Assembly (NCBI RefSeq): GCF_000006765.1 | Contig: NC_002516.2 | Direction: 5' to 3' (one strand) | Length of the DNA stretch: 64,000 bases | From: Pseudomonas aeruginosa PAO1 | GTDB taxonomy: Bacteria; Pseudomonadota; Gammaproteobacteria; Pseudomonadales; Pseudomonadaceae | In this document: positions 48,609 to 59,841 of the stretch, in pieces | How the letters are laid out: every line of letters begins with the position of its first letter | How positions within the stretch are numbered: position 1 is the first letter of the stretch | Translations under genes and position numbers: made by a program | Notes under the pieces: model-generated | The model's input: only the letters and a program-made list of their open reading frames with translations | What the model was told of the DNA's origin: nothing | Database searches by the model: none

Positions 48609-48906
48609 GGCTCGCCTCTTCATTGTCGTCGCCGGCCGTCGCGGCCCGGCGCGTACGCGAGGACCAGACGACCGGTCTAGTCGTCGAATCGGCACTATGC
48701 GGCGCCTTCCGCCGCCGCGCCAGCAGCGTCAGTCGGCTGAATCGCCAGGCATCAGGCTGGCCGATGGGCGCGGTAGAGGGGAGGCGTGCCGTTTGTCCGG
48801 CTGTCAACTATCCACCTGGGAATTCCGGCGCGGCGAAAGCCGGTGCTAAACCTTGTCTCTTCGAGTCCACCCCTGTCCGACAAGACCAATAAAGCGTGGA
48901 GACCGC

Positions 48907-51894
48907 ATGACCGACGACCACTCCTTCCGCCCTCGCCCCACCTCGTTGTCAGCCGCCCTGCTGCTGGGCGCCTGGATCGCACAGCCGGCCACGGCCGCCT
49001 ATGTCGAAGCCGGTCGGCCCGGCGATCCGGCCAGTTGGCGCTCCGCCGAATACCAGCAGGACTGGGGCCTGGAACGGATGCGGGCCGACCAGGCCTATGC
49101 CGCCGGCATCGACGGCCAGGGCGTGAAGATCGGCGAGATGGACTCCGGTTTCGACCCGAGCCATCCGGATACTCCCGCCTCGCGCTACCAGCCGGTGACG
49201 GCCAGCGGCACCTATGTCGACGGCACGCCGTTCAGCGTCAGCGGCGCGATGAACGGCAACAACGACTCCCACGGTACCCACGTCGGCGGCACCCTCGGCG
49301 CCTCGCGCGACGGCGTCGGCATGCACGGGGTGGCCTACGCGGCACAGGTGTATGTCGCCAACACCAACCAGAACGACAGCTTCCTGTTCGGCCCGACGCC
49401 CGACCCGAACTATTTCAAGGCCGCCTACCAGGCGCTGGCCGACGCCGGGGTGCGGGCGATCAACAACAGTTGGGGCAGCCAGCCCAAGGACGTCAGCTAC
49501 GAGACCCTCGACGGCCTGCACGCCGCCTATGCCCAGCACTACGGGCGCTCCACCTGGCTGGACGCCGCCGCCGGCGTCTCCCGCCAGGGCGTGATCAACG
49601 TCTTCAGCGCCGGCAACAGCGGCTACGCCAACGCCAGCGTGCGCTCCGCCCTGCCCTACTTCCAGCCGGACCTGGAAGGCCACTGGCTGGCCGTGTCCGG
49701 CCTCGACCAGCAGAACGGCCAGCGCTACAACCGCTGCGGCATCGCCAAGTACTGGTGCATCACCACGCCCGGCCGCCTGATCAACAGCACCATGCCCGGC
49801 GGCGGCTACGCCAACAAGTCCGGTACCTCGATGGCCGCGCCCCACGCCACCGGCGCGCTGGCCCTGGTCATGCAGCGCTATCCGTACCTGAACAACGAGC
49901 AGGCGCTGCAGGTTCTGCTGACCACCGCCACCCAGCTCGACGGCACGCCGACCGGCGCCCCCACCGACACCGTCGGCTGGGGCGTGCCGGATCTCGGTCG
50001 GGCGATGCATGGGCCTGGACAATTGCTCGGCCGCTTCGAGGCCAACCTCCCGGCCGGCCTGCGCGACGAATGGAGCAACCCGATTTCCGATAGCGCCCTG
50101 CTCCAGCGCCAGGCCGAGGACGCCGCCGAGCACGCGGCCTGGCAGCGGACGCTGAAGGACAAGGGCTGGGAAAACGGCTTGCCGGCCGGTGCCAGCCAGC
50201 AGGAACGCACCGACTATGCCATCGGCATGGCCCGCGACCAGGCCGCCGCCCAGCGCCAGTACCAGGGCAGCCTGGTCAAGGCCGGTGCCGGCAGCCTGGT
50301 CCTGAGCGGCGACAGCACCTATCGCGGGCCGACCCTGGTCGATGGCGGGCTGCTCAGCGTCGACGGTTCGCTGCTGTCCGCCGTCGAAGTCAATGCCGGC
50401 GGCACCCTCGGCGGCAGCGGCAGGATCGGCGGCCTGCTGGCGCGCTCCGGCGGCACGGTGGCCGCGGGCAACTCCATCGGCACCCTGGAGGTCGCCGGGG
50501 ACCTGCGCTTCGAATCCGGCTCGACCTACGCGGTGGAGCTTTCGGAAAGCGCCAGCGACCGGATCGTCGCCAGCGGCAAGGCGAGCATCGCGGGCGGCAA
50601 CGTCACCCTGGCCATGGAAAACAGCCCCGACCTGCTCAGCCAGTCCCAGGTCGAGAGCCTGGTCGGCCGCCGCTACGACATCCTCGACGCCGCCGGCGGC
50701 ATCGACGGGCGCTTCGACGCGGTATTGCCGAACTACCTGTTCCTCGGCGGCACCCTGGACTACGCGGCCAACGCCATCCGCCTGGATATCGGACGCAACG
50801 GCACGACCCTCGCCAGCGTCGCGCAGACGCCCAACCAGGCGGCGGTCGCTGGGGCCGTGGAAACGCTCGGCGCCGGCAACCCGGTCTACGAAAGCCTGCT
50901 CCTGTCGGAAAACGCCGCAACCGCCCAACGGGCCTTCCAGCAATTGTCCGGGGAAATCTACCCGGCGCTCGCCGGCCTGTTGCTCAACGACAGCCGCTAT
51001 CTGCGCGACAGCGTCGGCGAACGCCTGCGCCAGACCAGCGACGGCGAGGCCGGCGGGGAGGCTCCCGAAGGCTGGTTCAAGGCGCTCGGCTCCTGGGGCA
51101 AGAGCGCCGATGGCAGCCACGGTAGCGAAGGCTACCGGCATTCGGTCGGCGGCTTCCTGCTCGGCGTCGACAGCCAGGTCGCCAGCGACACGCGCCTCGG
51201 CCTGGTGGCCGGCTACAGCAACAGCTCGCTGAACATGGACAGCAGCCTGCAATCCTCCGCCAGCATCGACAGCTACCACCTCGGCGCCTACCTCGGCCGG
51301 CAATTGCAGCAATGGCGCCTGAGCCTCGGCGCAGCGCACGCCTGGCACCGCGCCGAGGTCAAGCGCGACCTGCAATACGGCGCCGTGGCCGGCAAGCAGA
51401 AGGCCAAGCTCGACGCACAGAGCAGCCAGTTGTTCGCCGAGGCCGCCTACGCGCTGGGTTGGCGCAGCCTGGAGCTGGAACCCTTCGCCGGGCTGGCCTA
51501 CGTGCACGTCGCCAGCGATGACTTCCGCGAACGCGGTAGCGCCGCGGCCCTGGAGGGTGGCGACGACAACCTGGACGCCGCCTTCACCACCCTGGGCCTG
51601 CGCGCGAAACGGCATTTCGAGCTGGATGCCGGACGCCGCCTGGCGCTCTCCGGCACCCTCGGCTGGCGCCACAACCTGAGCGACACCACCCCGCAACGCC
51701 ACCTGGCGTTCGCCAGCGGCAGCCAGCCATTCAGCGTGGAAAGCGTGGCCCTGTCCCGCGACGCCGCGCTGCTCGGCGTCGACGCCAGCCTCGCGGTGAA
51801 TCGCGAAGTGAGCGTGCGGCTGGGCTACAACGGCCTGCTGGGCAGCCGCGAGAAGGACCATGGCGTCGGACTGGCCGTCGACTGGCGTTTCTGA
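48907..51894 (+). CDS. eprS: Subtilisin-like serine protease autotransporter
   Basis: Triad motifs EMDSG, DSHGTHVGG and GTSMAAPH, plus a C-terminal autotransporter barrel ending DWRF (995 aa). Confidence 0.92.
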   Translation: MTDDHSFRPRPTSLSAALLLGAWIAQPATAAYVEAGRPGDPASWRSAEYQQDWGLERMRADQAYAAGIDGQGVKIGEMDSGFDPSHPDTPASRYQPVTASGTYVDGTPFSVSGAMNGNNDSHGTHVGGTLGASRDGVGMHGVAYAAQVYVANTNQNDSFLFGPTPDPNYFKAAYQALADAGVRAINNSWGSQPKDVSYETLDGLHAAYAQHYGRSTWLDAAAGVSRQGVINVFSAGNSGYANASVRSALPYFQPDLEGHWLAVSGLDQQNGQRYNRCGIAKYWCITTPGRLINSTMPGGGYANKSGTSMAAPHATGALALVMQRYPYLNNEQALQVLLTTATQLDGTPTGAPTDTVGWGVPDLGRAMHGPGQLLGRFEANLPAGLRDEWSNPISDSALLQRQAEDAAEHAAWQRTLKDKGWENGLPAGASQQERTDYAIGMARDQAAAQRQYQGSLVKAGAGSLVLSGDSTYRGPTLVDGGLLSVDGSLLSAVEVNAGGTLGGSGRIGGLLARSGGTVAAGNSIGTLEVAGDLRFESGSTYAVELSESASDRIVASGKASIAGGNVTLAMENSPDLLSQSQVESLVGRRYDILDAAGGIDGRFDAVLPNYLFLGGTLDYAANAIRLDIGRNGTTLASVAQTPNQAAVAGAVETLGAGNPVYESLLLSENAATAQRAFQQLSGEIYPALAGLLLNDSRYLRDSVGERLRQTSDGEAGGEAPEGWFKALGSWGKSADGSHGSEGYRHSVGGFLLGVDSQVASDTRLGLVAGYSNSSLNMDSSLQSSASIDSYHLGAYLGRQLQQWRLSLGAAHAWHRAEVKRDLQYGAVAGKQKAKLDAQSSQLFAEAAYALGWRSLELEPFAGLAYVHVASDDFRERGSAAALEGGDDNLDAAFTTLGLRAKRHFELDAGRRLALSGTLGWRHNLSDTTPQRHLAFASGSQPFSVESVALSRDAALLGVDASLAVNREVSVRLGYNGLLGSREKDHGVGLAVDWRF

Positions 51895-52037
51895 CTTCGG
51901 TTACGAGGGCATGCCAGCCGTTGGATGGGTTCCGGCGGGCGGCAAGGGGAAAAAGCCACTTCATTGCCCTCGGTCACGAAACCGCTGCAAATATGAGAAA
52001 AAGACCTAACTAAAGGATTCATGCGAAATGCATAGCG

Positions 52038-52044
52038 CTATACT
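52038..52044 (+). promoter_or_regulatory. sigmaS-type -10 element
   Basis: CTATACT lies about 100 nt upstream of an orphan terminator. Confidence 0.6.
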
Positions 52045-52050
52045 GTCCAT

Positions 52051-52150
52051 CCAGCGCTGTACTATCCCTTCCAGCGCTGATCGCGACCCGGTGCCCGCAC
52101 CACCGTGCCGCACGAGCCCCGGAGATCCGCACCTCCGGGGCTCACCTTTT
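52051..52150 (+). ncRNA. reaL: Small regulatory RNA, probably ReaL
   Basis: Promoter-to-terminator unit of about 100 nt with no ORF. Terminator GAGCCCCGGAG-8 nt loop-CTCCGGGGCTC-acctttt. The name comes from recalled synteny and the ends are approximate. Confidence 0.65.
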
Positions 52151-52287
52151 GCTCCTCTCGCACCCTCCTTCCCCGGCTGAGCCCCTCCCCCTGCAAATCC
52201 GCGACGAATGGCTGCAATCCGGCAATCCGATGAACGAGCGGCCGAACCGCGGGCGCCCAGGCTGCCTGCGCACAGTCGCTGAACGGG

Positions 52288-52719
52288 TCAGGCCTGGCGG
52301 AAGAAGATCATGCCGAACAGCACCGCCAGGGCGCTGAGGAACGACAACCCGGTTTGCCCCAGGACCATCAGGATCGCGGCCGCCGCCGTGCTCAGCGCAT
52401 GCCAGCCCCAGAGCAGGCACGACAGGTTGAGGACGATGCCGGCCAGGGCCAGGTGACGCTTGCGGCTGCGCCTGAGCAGGCCGGCCAGGCCCAGCACCAG
52501 GCCGCAGGTCGATACCGCGAAGACCGCCAGCAAGGCGGCGAACAGGCCGAGCAGATGGTTCTCGTCGCTGAGGTCGATCCGCTCGCCGAGCGCCAGCGCC
52601 ATCACCGCCAGCGCGATGGCGACCCCGGCCAGGGCGAGGAACAGCGACAGGCCGCCCAGCCGCGATTGGCGCAATGGCCGTGCCGGCGGCGCGGCGGCGA
52701 GTGTTTCTCCCGTGTGCAT
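52288..52719 (-). CDS. Small four-TM membrane protein
   Basis: GGAGG SD before ATG 52719 (143 aa). Four hydrophobic segments. Confidence 0.75.
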   Translation of the reverse strand: MHTGETLAAAPPARPLRQSRLGGLSLFLALAGVAIALAVMALALGERIDLSDENHLLGLFAALLAVFAVSTCGLVLGLAGLLRRSRKRHLALAGIVLNLSCLLWGWHALSTAAAAILMVLGQTGLSFLSALAVLFGMIFFRQA

Positions 52720-53032
52720 GTTCGACCTCCCTGGTCCGAAACCCGCCTCCTCCATGAAGGTATTCGGGCGCGCACAGCATAAAGCGTCGCCCCGCCCAAC
52801 CGATAGATCGACGAGGCGGGACTTTGGCGGCGGGACAACGGCGAAGACCCGGGAAAAACCCCGTAACCCGCGCCTTCCAAGCCCTCCTTGTGTTTCCGCG
52901 ACATTTCCTTATAAGATCGCGCCTTCCCCTATTTTCCCGCACGTTGCGGTCCCGCCGCAGGTCCAGTCCCGTTTTCTCTCGCGAAAGCCGGCCAGTGCCT
53001 CGGCCAGCAGTAAAAATAAAAGGTAGTCAGCG

Positions 53033-53950
53033 ATGAGCGTACGGCACTTTCTCTCGTTTATGGATTACAGCCCCGAAGAGCTGATCGGTCTGATCCGCCG
53101 CGGCAGCGAGCTGAAGGACCTGCGCAACCGAGGCGTGCTCTACGAGCCGCTGAAGAGCCGGGTCCTGGGCATGGTCTTCGAGAAGGCTTCGACCCGTACC
53201 CGCCTGTCCTTCGAAGCCGGGATGATCCAGCTCGGCGGCCAGGCGATCTTCCTCTCCCCGCGCGACACCCAGCTCGGCCGCGGCGAGCCGATCGGCGACA
53301 GCGCCCGGGTCATGTCGCGGATGCTCGACGGCGTGATGATCCGCACCTTCGCCCACGCCACCCTGACGGAATTCGCCGCGCACTCGAAGGTGCCGGTGAT
53401 CAACGGCCTGTCCGACGACCTGCACCCCTGCCAGTTGCTCGCCGACATGCAGACCTTCCACGAGCACCGCGGCAGCATCCAGGGCAAGACCGTGGCCTGG
53501 ATCGGCGACGGCAACAACATGTGCAACAGCTATATAGAAGCGGCGCTGAAGTTCGACTTCCAGCTGCGCGTGGCCTGCCCCGAGGGCTACGAGCCGAAGG
53601 CCGAGTTCGTCGCCCTTGCCGGCGACCGCCTGCGCGTCGTCCGCGACCCGCGCGAGGCGGTGGCCGGCGCGCACCTGGTGAGCACCGACGTGTGGGCCTC
53701 GATGGGCCAGGAAGACGAAGCCGCCGCGCGCATCGCCCTGTTCCGTCCCTACCAGGTGAACGCCGCGTTGCTCGATGGGGCCGCCGACGATGTACTATTC
53801 ATGCACTGCCTGCCGGCCCACCGCGGCGAGGAAATCAGCGAAGAGTTGCTGGACGACCCGCGCTCGGTAGCCTGGGACCAGGCAGAGAACCGTCTGCACG
53901 CGCAGAAGGCCCTCCTCGAATTGCTGATCGAACACGCCCATTACGCCTGA
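53033..53950 (+). CDS. argF: Anabolic ornithine carbamoyltransferase
   Basis: Motifs [12 protein letters not shown] and MHCLP. A TGTCGC ArgR-type half-site lies upstream (52898-52903, minus strand). Confidence 0.97.
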   Translation: MSVRHFLSFMDYSPEELIGLIRRGSELKDLRNRGVLYEPLKSRVLGMVFEKASTRTRLSFEAGMIQLGGQAIFLSPRDTQLGRGEPIGDSARVMSRMLDGVMIRTFAHATLTEFAAHSKVPVINGLSDDLHPCQLLADMQTFHEHRGSIQGKTVAWIGDGNNMCNSYIEAALKFDFQLRVACPEGYEPKAEFVALAGDRLRVVRDPREAVAGAHLVSTDVWASMGQEDEAAARIALFRPYQVNAALLDGAADDVLFMHCLPAHRGEEISEELLDDPRSVAWDQAENRLHAQKALLELLIEHAHYA

Positions 53951-53954
53951 GCCC

Positions 53955-55037
53955 ATGAGCCACGACCTGCTGCTGAACCTGAAAGATCTCGCCTGCGGCT
54001 ACGCCTCGCAGAAAGTGGTGCAGGACCTCGACCTGCACCTCAATGCCGGAGACATCGGCTGCCTGCTGGGTCCTTCGGGATGCGGCAAGACCACCACCCT
54101 GCGCGCCATCGCCGGCTTCGAACCGGTGCTGGCCGGGCAGATCGAGCTGGGCGGCGAAGTCATCTCGCGTCCCGGCTTCACCCTGGCGCCGGAGAAACGC
54201 CGGATCGGCATGGTGTTCCAGGACTACGCGCTGTTCCCCCATCTCAGCGTGGCCGACAATGTCGGCTTCGGCATCCGCAAGCATCCACAACGCGAGCGCC
54301 TGGTGCGCGAGCTTCTGGAGCTGGTCAAGCTCGACCACCTCGCCGCGCGCCACCCCCACGAACTCTCCGGCGGCCAGCAACAACGGGTGGCCCTGGCCCG
54401 CGCGCTGGCGCCCGAACCGCTGTTGCTGCTGCTCGACGAACCCTTCTCCAACCTCGACGTGGAACTGCGCCGCAGCCTCAGCCAGGAGGTTCGCGAGATC
54501 CTCAAGGCACGCGGCACCAGCGCGATCCTGGTGACCCACGACCAGGAAGAAGCCTTCGCCGTCTGCGACCACATCGGCGTGTTCAAGGAAGGTCACCTGG
54601 AACAGTGGGACACTCCCTACAACCTCTACCACGAGCCGCTGACGCCCTTCGTCGCCAGCTTCGTCGGCCAGGGCTACTTCATTCGCGGCCAGTTGCTCAG
54701 CCCCGATACGGTGCAGACCGAACTCGGCGTGATCCGCGGCAATCGCGCCTACAGCCTGCCTTCCGGCAGCGCGGTAGACGTCCTGCTGCGCCCGGACGAC
54801 CTGGTGCACGCGCCGCAGGGCGAGCTGAAGGCGCGGATCGTCGGCAAGACCTTCCTCGGCGCCGCCACCCTGTACCGCCTGCAATTGCCCACCGGTACCC
54901 AGCTGGAATCGATCTTCCCCAGCCATGCCGACCACCAGCCGGGCGATGACGTCGGTATCCGCGTCGCCGCCGACCACCTGGTGGTGTTCGCCGCCCGGGG
55001 CAGCGTCGCCGCGCACCTCGCTCCCGTCCAGGCCTGA
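53955..55037 (+). CDS. ABC ATP-binding protein, FbpC/PotA-like with TOBE domain
   Basis: Motifs GPSGCGKT, VFQDYALFPH, LSGGQ and DEPFSNLD. Confidence 0.92.
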   Translation: MSHDLLLNLKDLACGYASQKVVQDLDLHLNAGDIGCLLGPSGCGKTTTLRAIAGFEPVLAGQIELGGEVISRPGFTLAPEKRRIGMVFQDYALFPHLSVADNVGFGIRKHPQRERLVRELLELVKLDHLAARHPHELSGGQQQRVALARALAPEPLLLLLDEPFSNLDVELRRSLSQEVREILKARGTSAILVTHDQEEAFAVCDHIGVFKEGHLEQWDTPYNLYHEPLTPFVASFVGQGYFIRGQLLSPDTVQTELGVIRGNRAYSLPSGSAVDVLLRPDDLVHAPQGELKARIVGKTFLGAATLYRLQLPTGTQLESIFPSHADHQPGDDVGIRVAADHLVVFAARGSVAAHLAPVQA

Positions 55038-55143
55038 TACCTCGGCGCCGTTCGGTCGGCGGCGCCTTTCCCTATCGACCGCATAGGTGGAGCCGGACGT
55101 CTCCAGCCCCTACAATCGCCCGACGATTCGAGGAGCCTGAACG

Positions 55144-55923
55144 ATGCTGATGGTGATTTCCCCCGCCAAGACCCTGGACTACGAGACCCCGCCGGTCACC
55201 CACCGCTTCACCCAGCCGCAATACCTGGACCACGCCCAGGAACTGATCCAGCAACTGCGCCAGCTCACGCCACTGCAGATCAGCGAACTGATGAAGCTTT
55301 CCGACAAGCTCGCCGGCCTGAATGCCGCTCGCTACGCCAGCTGGCATCCGGAGTTCACCCCGGAGAACGCCAAGCAGGCGTTGCTCGCCTTCAAGGGCGA
55401 TGTCTACACCGGCCTCAACGCGGAAGACTTCGGCGAGGACGATTTCGCCTTCGCCCAGGATCACCTGCGCATGCTCTCCGGTCTCTACGGCGTGCTGCGC
55501 CCGCTCGACCTCATGCAGCCCTATCGACTGGAAATGGGCACCCGCCTGGCCAACGCCCGTGGCAAGGATCTCTACGCCTTCTGGGGCGAGCGTATCAGCC
55601 AGTGGCTGAACGAAGCGCTGGCCGCCCAGGGCGACGACGTGCTGCTCAACCTGGCCTCCAACGAGTACTTCGGCGCGGTGAAGCGCAAGGCGCTGCAAGC
55701 GCGGGTCATCGACACCGAGTTCAAGGACCTGAAGAACGGCCAGTACAAGATCATCAGCTTCTACGCCAAGAAGGCTCGCGGCATGATGGCTCGCTACGTG
55801 ATCCGCGAGCGCCTGCGCGACCCGGCCGGGCTGAAGGACTTCAATGCCCACGGCTATTACTTCAGCGCCGAGCAATCCGGCCCGGATCAGCTGGTATTCC
55901 TCAGGGACGCCCCGCAAGACTGA
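55144..55923 (+). CDS. yaaA: Peroxide-stress protein YaaA (UPF0246)
   Basis: Motifs [25 protein letters not shown] and AKKARG. Confidence 0.93.
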   Translation: MLMVISPAKTLDYETPPVTHRFTQPQYLDHAQELIQQLRQLTPLQISELMKLSDKLAGLNAARYASWHPEFTPENAKQALLAFKGDVYTGLNAEDFGEDDFAFAQDHLRMLSGLYGVLRPLDLMQPYRLEMGTRLANARGKDLYAFWGERISQWLNEALAAQGDDVLLNLASNEYFGAVKRKALQARVIDTEFKDLKNGQYKIISFYAKKARGMMARYVIRERLRDPAGLKDFNAHGYYFSAEQSGPDQLVFLRDAPQD

Positions 55924-55986
55924 TCTCCCCGGCCCGCCGTCCTGGCGGGCCGCTCCTCTTTCGGCACGCCGACGCCTCCTGGCGCT

Positions 55987-55996
55987 ACCGTTCGTC
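55987..55996 (+). promoter_or_regulatory. AlgR site RB1
   Basis: Exact ACCGTTCGTC far upstream of algD. Confidence 0.9.
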
Positions 55997-56062
55997 CCTC
56001 CGACACCCCTGCTGCGTCGCCTTTCTCCCCGGAAAAGCCCTTGTGGCGAATAGGCCTACTCA

Positions 56063-56072
56063 ACCGTTCGTC
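56063..56072 (+). promoter_or_regulatory. AlgR site RB2
   Basis: Exact ACCGTTCGTC. Confidence 0.9.
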
Positions 56073-56168
56073 TGCAAGTCATGCGGAACTGCATCACATT
56101 TTTTCACGCCCAGCCCACAGACTTTTCCCCAATTCAAGGCGGAAATGCCATCTCCGGCGTAATCCATT

Positions 56169-56182
56169 GGCCATTACCAGCC
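56169..56182 (+). promoter_or_regulatory. AmrZ binding site
   Basis: GGCCATTACCAGCC, the recalled algD AmrZ site. Confidence 0.75.
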
Positions 56183-56412
56183 TCCCGCCATTACATGCAA
56201 ATTACGATTGCAAAGTGCATGGGTCGAAGATTAAGGAATCCTTAAGGTTTGCTTAAGGCGGTAAAAGCGGCTTCTGTTTCATTCCGGTGACGCGGAACTT
56301 TCAGCCGCCATGCATTCTGCAACTAGTGGCCATTGGCAGGCATTTAACGGAAAGGCCATCAAGTTGGTATCAAGTGATATCAAACGGATATTTCCAAATA
56401 TTTCGCGAGCGG

Positions 56413-56422
56413 GACAAACGGC
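56413..56422 (-). promoter_or_regulatory. AlgR site RB3
   Basis: GCCGTTTGTC on the minus strand, adjacent to the -35. Confidence 0.8.
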
Positions 56423-56424
56423 CG

Positions 56425-56452
56425 GAACTTCCCTCGCAGAGAAAACATCCTA
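56425..56452 (+). promoter_or_regulatory. AlgU (sigma22) promoter of algD
   Basis: GAACTT-17 bp-TCCTA. The implied start near 56458 gives the known 367-nt leader. Confidence 0.9.
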
Positions 56453-56824
56453 TCACCGCGATGCCTATCGATAGTTATGGGCAGAGCAACTTGAAACCGT
56501 CTCGAATAATCGGACTCCGCTCCGAGGGACAAACTCAACCTGTTGAAATTAAAGGCCTTTAGAAACTTGAATTCTATGGACCGAACTAAAACGAAGCATC
56601 CAAGGTCGGGTTATGCACCGTTATTGAAACCCACCTGAAACATTAAAGGGCATGAACTTATAACTTGCCCTATTAGAGTGCCGAACAACTAAGCACTCTA
56701 TTCGAAACTGCCTGAAGGCGGATCAAGGGCTCTGGATCGGGGCTCGTAGTAACGGCTCGCCAGATAGGGAAGTGGCCATACGGCCACCTCATTAACGGCG
56801 CGACAAACAATCGAGGTGAATGCG

Positions 56825-58135
56825 ATGCGAATCAGCATCTTTGGTTTGGGCTATGTCGGTGCAGTATGTGCTGGCTGCCTGTCGGCACGCGGTCATGAAG
56901 TCATTGGTGTGGATGTCTCCAGCACCAAGATCGACCTGATCAACCAGGGCAAGTCGCCCATCGTCGAACCGGGCCTGGAAGCGTTGTTGCAGCAAGGCCG
57001 GCAGACCGGACGGCTGTCGGGCACCACCGACTTCAAGAAGGCCGTGCTGGACTCCGACGTATCGTTCATCTGCGTCGGCACGCCGAGCAAGAAGAACGGC
57101 GACCTGGACCTGGGCTACATCGAGACCGTCTGCCGCGAGATCGGCTTCGCCATCCGCGAGAAGTCCGAACGCCACACCGTGGTGGTGCGCAGCACCGTAC
57201 TGCCGGGCACCGTCAACAACGTGGTGATCCCGCTGATCGAGGACTGCTCGGGCAAGAAGGCCGGGGTCGACTTCGGCGTCGGCACCAACCCCGAATTCCT
57301 CCGCGAGAGCACCGCGATCAAGGACTACGACTTCCCGCCGATGACCGTGATCGGCGAACTGGACAAGCAGACCGGCGACCTTCTCGAGGAAATCTACCGC
57401 GAGCTGGACGCGCCGATCATCCGCAAGACCGTCGAGGTCGCCGAGATGATCAAGTACACCTGCAACGTCTGGCACGCCGCCAAGGTCACCTTCGCCAACG
57501 AGATCGGCAACATCGCCAAGGCGGTCGGCGTCGACGGCCGCGAGGTGATGGACGTGATCTGCCAGGACCACAAGCTCAACCTGTCGCGCTACTACATGCG
57601 TCCCGGCTTCGCCTTCGGCGGCTCCTGCCTGCCCAAGGATGTACGCGCCCTCACCTATCGCGCCAGCCAGCTGGACGTCGAGCACCCGATGCTCGGTTCG
57701 TTGATGCGCAGCAACTCCAACCAGGTGCAGAAGGCCTTCGATCTCATCACCAGCCACGACACCCGCAAGGTCGGCCTGCTCGGCCTGTCGTTCAAGGCCG
57801 GCACCGACGATTTGCGCGAAAGCCCGCTGGTGGAGCTGGCCGAGATGCTCATCGGCAAGGGCTACGAGTTGCGCATCTTCGACCGCAACGTCGAATACGC
57901 GCGTGTCCACGGGGCCAACAAGGAATACATCGAGTCGAAGATCCCGCACGTCTCCTCACTGCTGGTCTCCGACCTCGACGAAGTGGTGGCGAGTTCCGAT
58001 GTGCTGGTGCTGGGCAATGGCGACGAGCTGTTCGTCGACCTGGTGAACAAGACCCCGAGCGGCAAGAAGCTGGTCGACCTGGTGGGCTTCATGCCGCACA
58101 CCACCACTGCCCAGGCCGAGGGCATCTGCTGGTAG
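56825..58135 (+). CDS. algD: GDP-mannose 6-dehydrogenase
   Basis: GAGG SD, ATG 56825 gives 436 aa. Motifs GLGYVG, FICVGTP, NPEFLRE and GGSCLPKD. Confidence 0.98.
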   Translation: MRISIFGLGYVGAVCAGCLSARGHEVIGVDVSSTKIDLINQGKSPIVEPGLEALLQQGRQTGRLSGTTDFKKAVLDSDVSFICVGTPSKKNGDLDLGYIETVCREIGFAIREKSERHTVVVRSTVLPGTVNNVVIPLIEDCSGKKAGVDFGVGTNPEFLRESTAIKDYDFPPMTVIGELDKQTGDLLEEIYRELDAPIIRKTVEVAEMIKYTCNVWHAAKVTFANEIGNIAKAVGVDGREVMDVICQDHKLNLSRYYMRPGFAFGGSCLPKDVRALTYRASQLDVEHPMLGSLMRSNSNQVQKAFDLITSHDTRKVGLLGLSFKAGTDDLRESPLVELAEMLIGKGYELRIFDRNVEYARVHGANKEYIESKIPHVSSLLVSDLDEVVASSDVLVLGNGDELFVDLVNKTPSGKKLVDLVGFMPHTTTAQAEGICW

Positions 58136-58265
58136 CGGGCCGCCCCCTGGCCCCGTGAGCCGGTAAAGAACCTCTTTATCGCCCTCGGACCGAAGGCCGT
58201 CTCCGCGGCGTGCGCCATAACAACAACAAGCGCACGCCGGCGTCGAGGCCAAGGTCCCCAGCCCG

Positions 58266-59759
58266 ATGGAACTGATGATGGAAACTTACAAACGTGGCCT
58301 CGCCGAAGCCACCGGCTGGCTGGTGTTCCTCAGCCTGCTGATGGTGCTCGCGCTGGCAGTGCCGAAGACCGTGTTCGACGCCGACTCCAAGGATTTCATC
58401 CTGCTTATCGGCGCCGTCGGCATCTGGCGCTACTCCATGGGCGGCGTGCACTTCCTGCGCGGCATGCTGTTCCTCCACGTGGTCTACCCGTACTACCGCC
58501 GGCGCGTGCGCCAGTTGGGCAGCGCGGCCGACCCGTCGCACGTGTTCCTGATGGTCACCAGTTTCCGCATCGACGCCCTGACCACTGCCATGGTCTATCG
58601 CTCGGTGATCCGCGAAGCCATCGACAGCGGCTACCCGACCACCGTGGTCTGCTCCATCGTCGAGATGTCCGACGAGGTCCTGGTCCGTTCTCTGTGGGAG
58701 AAGATGAACCCGCCGGACCGGGTCAGCCTCGACTTCGTGCGGATTCCCGGCACCGGCAAGCGCGACGGCCTGGCCTATGGCTTCCGCGCGATTTCCCGGC
58801 ACCTGCCGGACGACGACGCGGTGGTCGCGGTGATCGACGGCGACACCGTGCTCGACCACGGCGTGGTGAAGAAGACCGTGCCCTGGTTCAAGCTCTTCCC
58901 CAACGTCGGCGGCCTCACCACCAATGAATTCTGCGAAGTGCAGGGCGGCTACGTGATGAGCGAGTGGCACAAGCTGCGCTTCGCCCAGCGCCACATCAAC
59001 ATGTGCTCGATGGCCCTGTCCAAGCGCGTACTGACCATGACCGGACGGATGTCGGTGTTCCGCGCCCGGGTGGTGACCAACCCCGAGTTCATCACCGACG
59101 TCGAGAACGACCACCTGGAGCACTGGCGCCTGGGTCGCTTCAAGTTCCTCACCGGCGACGACAAGTCCAGCTGGTTCAGCCTGATGCGCCTGGGCTACGA
59201 CACCTTCTACGTGCCCGACGCGGCGATCAACACGGTCGAGCACCCGCCGGAGAAGAGCTTCATCAAGGCCAGTCGCAAGCTGATGTACCGCTGGTACGGC
59301 AACAACCTGCGGCAGAACTCGCGCGCGCTCAAGCTCGGCGCGCGGCGCCTGGGCTGGTTCACCATGCTGGTGCTGTTCGACCAGCGCGTCTCGATGTGGA
59401 CCAGCCTGCTCGGCCTGGTGGTGGCGATCCTCGCCAGCCTCAAGTACAGCATCGCCTTCCTGCTGGTGTACCTGCTCTGGATCGGCCTCACCCGCCTGGT
59501 GCTGACCCTGCTCCTCTCGCTCTCCGGGCACCGCATCGGCCCGGCCTATCCGCTGATCCTCTATTACAACCAGATCGTCGGCGCGCTGGTGAAGATCTAC
59601 GTGTTCTTCCGCCTCGACCGGCAGTCCTGGACCCGCCAGCCGACCAAGCTGGAGCGCGGCCTGGCCAGCTTCCAGCGCTGGTTCAACGCCTGGTCGTCGC
59701 GGGCCATGACCTTCTCTGCCGCCAGCATCTTCGTCGCCGTGCTGCTGACCATCGTATGA
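58266..59759 (+). CDS. alg8: Alginate polymerase (GT2)
   Basis: Motifs VIDGD, TGDDKS and LMYRW, with TM segments. Alternative start at 58275. Confidence 0.96.
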
Positions 59760-59841
59760 CCACCGAATCGACTACGGACAACGCCAGGGCCGCGGCCCGC
59801 GCGCAAATCGACCCAGATTGGACCGAACAGGACCCGACACC

